From Octopus sinensis (lineage: Eukaryota): a DNA stretch of 64,000 nt. The stretch is from contig NC_043008.1 of the NCBI RefSeq assembly GCF_006345805.1, positions 56,234,001 through 56,298,000 on the forward strand. The letters run 5' to 3'. A program made the translations under genes and the position numbers. Below the pieces are notes generated by a model. That model made no database searches. It was not told the DNA's origin and worked only from the letters and a program-made list of their open reading frames with translations. Shown here in pieces: positions 62,375 through 64,000 of the stretch (the first letter of the stretch is position 1; every line of letters starts with the position of its first letter).

Positions 62375-64000
62375 AAGAATAAGGCCCGAAATTTTGTGGA
62401 AGGGGAGGCTACTCGATTACATCAACCTAGTGTTTATTTGGTACTTACTACATTGACCCCGAAAGGAAGGCAAAAAAATTCGACATCGGAAGAATTTGAA
62501 TTCAAAACGTAAAGACGCAACTGGTACTTAATTTATCGACCCCGAAAGGATGAAAGACAAAGTCGACCTCGGTGGAATTTAAAATATTCTTTTCTACTCT
62601 AGGCACAAGGCCCGAAATTTTTTAGGAGACGGCCAGTCAATTAGATCGACCCCAGTACGCAACTGGTACTTAATTTATCGATTCCGAAAGGATGAAAGGT
62701 AAAGTAGACCTCGGCGGAATTTGAAATCAGAACGTAGCGGCATTGGAATTACCTATTTCTTTATTACCCACAAGGGGCTAAACACAGAGAGGACAAACAA
62801 GGACAGACAAACGGATTAAGTCGATTATATCGACCCCAGTGCGTATCTGGTACTTAATTTATCGACTCCGAAAGGATGAAAGGCAAAGTCGATCTCGGCG
62901 GAATTTGAACTCAGAACGTAGCGGCAGACGAAATGCCACAAAGCATTTCGCCCGGCGTGCTAACAATTCTGCCAACTCGCTGCGGTTTCGATACACTAAC
63001 TGATGCAGAGATAATATATCAGAAAACAAAAGATAGGGCACGGTTGAAGTATTTTACTGTGTGTCAACTTAAATAAGAGCTGGATCTTAACCATCAACAA
63101 AATAAGCACCCTTTTTCTGCACTGGTTTAACAGTTCGCTTTGTGACACAGGCATCGTCTAAGTACAATGGTCGATAGATTTTTTGTGAACTGTTTCACTA
63201 AATAACTATATAATTATCCCAGTTACTTGACCCATCTTAACCTTTGACATTACAGGTCATTATATATATGAGTCTCTCTCTAAACGCCAGAAATAACTTG
63301 CGTGGTATTAACAGAATATCATTGGCTGATTTGGACAAGACAAAAATGTGTCAGTCGCGAATCTCAGTTGATTGAATATTTGTTGGTGTTCTTGTTGTTG
63401 CTGTTGCTGCTAAATTTTTCTTTTCATTACTTTTTTTTTTATTTCTTAAGAGAGAGAGAGAAGTATGCAGTAGCGTTACTAATCTCCGATAAGACGGCAG
63501 CGAGTTGGCAGAATCGTTAGCACGCCGGATAAATGCTTAGCGGTATTTCGTCTGCCGTTACGTTCGGAGTTCAAATTCCGCCGAGGTCGACTTTGCCTTT
63601 CATCCTTTCGGGGTCGATTAAATAAGTACCAGTTACGCACTGGGGTCGATATAATCGACTTAATCCGTGTGTTTGTCCTTGTTTGTCCTCTCTGTGTTTA
63701 GCCCTTTGTGGGTAGTAAAGAAATAGGTATTTTGTCTGCCGCTACGTTCTGAGTTCAAATTCCGCCGAGGTCGACTTTGCCTTTCATCCTTTTGGGGTCG
63801 ATTAAATAAGTATCAGTTACGCACTGGGGTCGATATAATCGACTTAGTCCGTTTGTGTGTCCTTGTTTGTCCCCTCTGTGTTTAGCCCCTTGTGGGTAGT
63901 AAAGAAATAAGTATTTCGTCTGCCGCTACGTTCGGAGTTCAAATTCCGCCGAGGTCGACTTTACCTTTCGTCCTTTCGGGGTCGATAAATAGATCAAAAT
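62375..64000. mobile_element. SINE-B multimers: minus at 62375-62985, plus trimer at 63490-64000 (~184-bp period)
   Basis: One head followed by repeated body units joined at GTAAAGAAATA(A/G)GTATTT. Confidence 0.85.

Noticed and set aside
63490-64000. Regular repeats that might suggest a CRISPR-like array
   Set aside because: Tandem SINE bodies with no unique spacers, in a eukaryotic context with no cas genes.
61293-64000. Upstream GPCR exons (TM1-TM4)
   Set aside because: No DRY-like or hydrophobic-helix ORF with splice sites was found; presumably beyond the window.

Overview
AT-rich, repeat-dense eukaryotic DNA. The SINE families and microsatellite load look like an Octopus genome (recognition, not a database result). 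Two convergent protein-coding genes are supported. (1) The 3' part of a class IX myosin (Myo9) on +: 14 GT-AG coding exons from 2049 to the stop at 36581, about 730 aa, joining in frame through a complete C1 zinc finger, a RhoGAP domain with its arginine finger, a coiled coil and a C-terminus ending EDEIMV. (2) The terminal coding exon of a class A GPCR on - (61292-59245; TM4 end to helix 8) with a roughly 535-aa third intracellular loop. The rest is introns, UTR and intergenic DNA filled with at least four SINE-like families, CR1, RTE, R4/Dong and Penelope fragments, MITEs, a tandem Helentron-type element, a U6 retro-pseudogene, and mini/microsatellites. The most notable unannotated signals are: minimal hammerhead-ribozyme motifs in short Penelope-terminal-repeat-like units (best copy 30365-30404, sense in a Myo9 intron, with a recurring U at core position 6); a SINE flanked by a 185-bp direct repeat; a U6-SINE junction; and a duplicated basic SLP module in the GPCR loop. 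Most ORFs in the supplied track are microsatellite or antisense artefacts.
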